From the NCBI GenBank assembly GCA_013265495.1, contig MU057801.1, positions 1,729,879 through 1,793,878 of the forward strand: a DNA stretch of 64,000 nt, read 5' to 3'. Numbering within the stretch: position 1 is the stretch's first letter; each line of letters begins with the position of its first letter. Positions 62,920 to 64,000 of this stretch are shown here, piece after piece. The position numbers and the translations under genes were made by a program. The notes beneath the pieces were generated by a model. The model worked only from the letters and a program-made list of their open reading frames with translations. It searched no databases and had not been told where the DNA came from. The stretch is from Vicugna vicugna. Taxonomy: Eukaryota.

Positions 62920-63639
62920 TGTATCACATAAACTTGTGTGGTGTCCCCAGCAACACTTCTGAGAACTGAGAAGGTAAGTCTGCACGATCTCCAGGCAGCC
63001 AGCTGAGCTTCCAAGCTGGCTGGTAATAGTAACGACCAGCCAGTGGCTGCTCCTCAGGTGCCTGACTCACTCCGCGGCTCAGGGCAGCAGGGCAGCGCCG
63101 CAAGTCCAGGACGGGCTGCCTTCCAAGTCTGTCTTCCTAACGATGGGGTGACACGGCGCCCAGACGCCTCAGTGGTGCCTGCGGACAAGCTAGCACACCT
63201 GGGTGAAGAATGGGGGTAAAGAAGGAAAGAACAGCAAGAAAGAGCAGCTAGCTCCCTTTTACCCCATCGGAGTAGGGTGGACCCAGGATTTCAAACGCAG
63301 CAATGAATGGCTTAGGTCCAGGTTCTTCTCTGCCACCACAACACGGGTTGCAGTAGTTGAGTCATCCTGAAGAGGTTACCGTATGTTTGGTGTGGCCTGA
63401 GAAGGCAGATACACGTGTAGTGTTTTTGAAATACTTCCCTTGGAATGGTTAAAATCGCTAGTCTTTGTTTTTCTCATGGCGGTGTCCTAGAAACGAAGTC
63501 CTTTTGCACGCAACAGGGGGCGAGGCTGGCCTGGCTTTAAATTCTGGCTCTGCCACTTGCTAGCTTTGTAATTTCGAGCAGATAGCGAACCTCAGTCTGT
63601 CACCTTTAGAATGGACTCACGAGCACCAGGTTCGGAGGG

Positions 63640-64000
63640 GGCCGACGGCAGAGGCGGGTAAACTGTGCCGAGAGCAGGAAGCACTCGGCGCAAAACAAGA
63701 AAGGAAATTAAATGCATGAGATAAAAAGGCAGGATCTGTCAGTCTGGAGACGGAATTCCAAGGCGAAGACGCATTTTCACGCCCTTTGGGCTGACGTGGG
63801 GGCGGGGGCTGGGCTGCAGGCGCGCAGCCCCGCTCCGCTCCTTCCCCACGGAGCCGGCAAGAGGCTGCGCGCGCAGCCGGGGCCCGGGAGGCAACGGCCG
63901 GGGCCGCGCCCTGCGCGCGGCACATCGCGGCCAGGGAGCCCGAGGCTGGGCGGGAACGGAGCGCCGCGCGCGGAGCCGGAAGGGGGCGGCGCGGCCGCCG
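63640..64000. promoter_or_regulatory. Edge of a CpG-island promoter; the gene lies beyond the window or is unidentified
   Basis: CpG-dense; GC boxes, NRF1-like palindrome ggctgcgcgcgcagcc (63863-63878) and ETS ccggaag near 63976. Confidence 0.75.

Noticed and set aside
63640..64000. Naming the gene at the terminal CpG island
   Set aside because: No coding sequence is visible, so any symbol would be a guess.

Overview
GC-rich mammalian genomic DNA, probably from a camelid, judging by Vic-1-like tRNA-derived SINEs and cetartiodactyl-type L1 3' ends. The window has three assembly gaps and no protein-coding gene I can recognise by name. Most listed ORFs are chance GC-rich ORFs or L1 remnants. 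It is mostly intergenic or regulatory sequence: MIR, L2, L1, LTR and DNA-transposon relics, four CpG islands (about 4, 20, 45 and 64 kb; the last is promoter-like and cut off by the window edge), two divergent CTCF sites and an AP-1 motif cluster. The best novelty candidate is an unrecognised three-exon minus-strand transcript that starts in the 20 kb CpG island. It has canonical splice sites, a reading frame that stays open across both junctions, and a nearby polyA signal. Other notable points are a twin-priming L1 inversion, an L1/non-L1 chimeric retro-insertion, a 28-bp retro-insertion with a 13-bp target-site duplication (TSD), and patchy AT-to-GC drift that appears to have turned old repeats into CpG-island-like DNA. 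Repeat family names come from remembered consensus sequences, not database searches.
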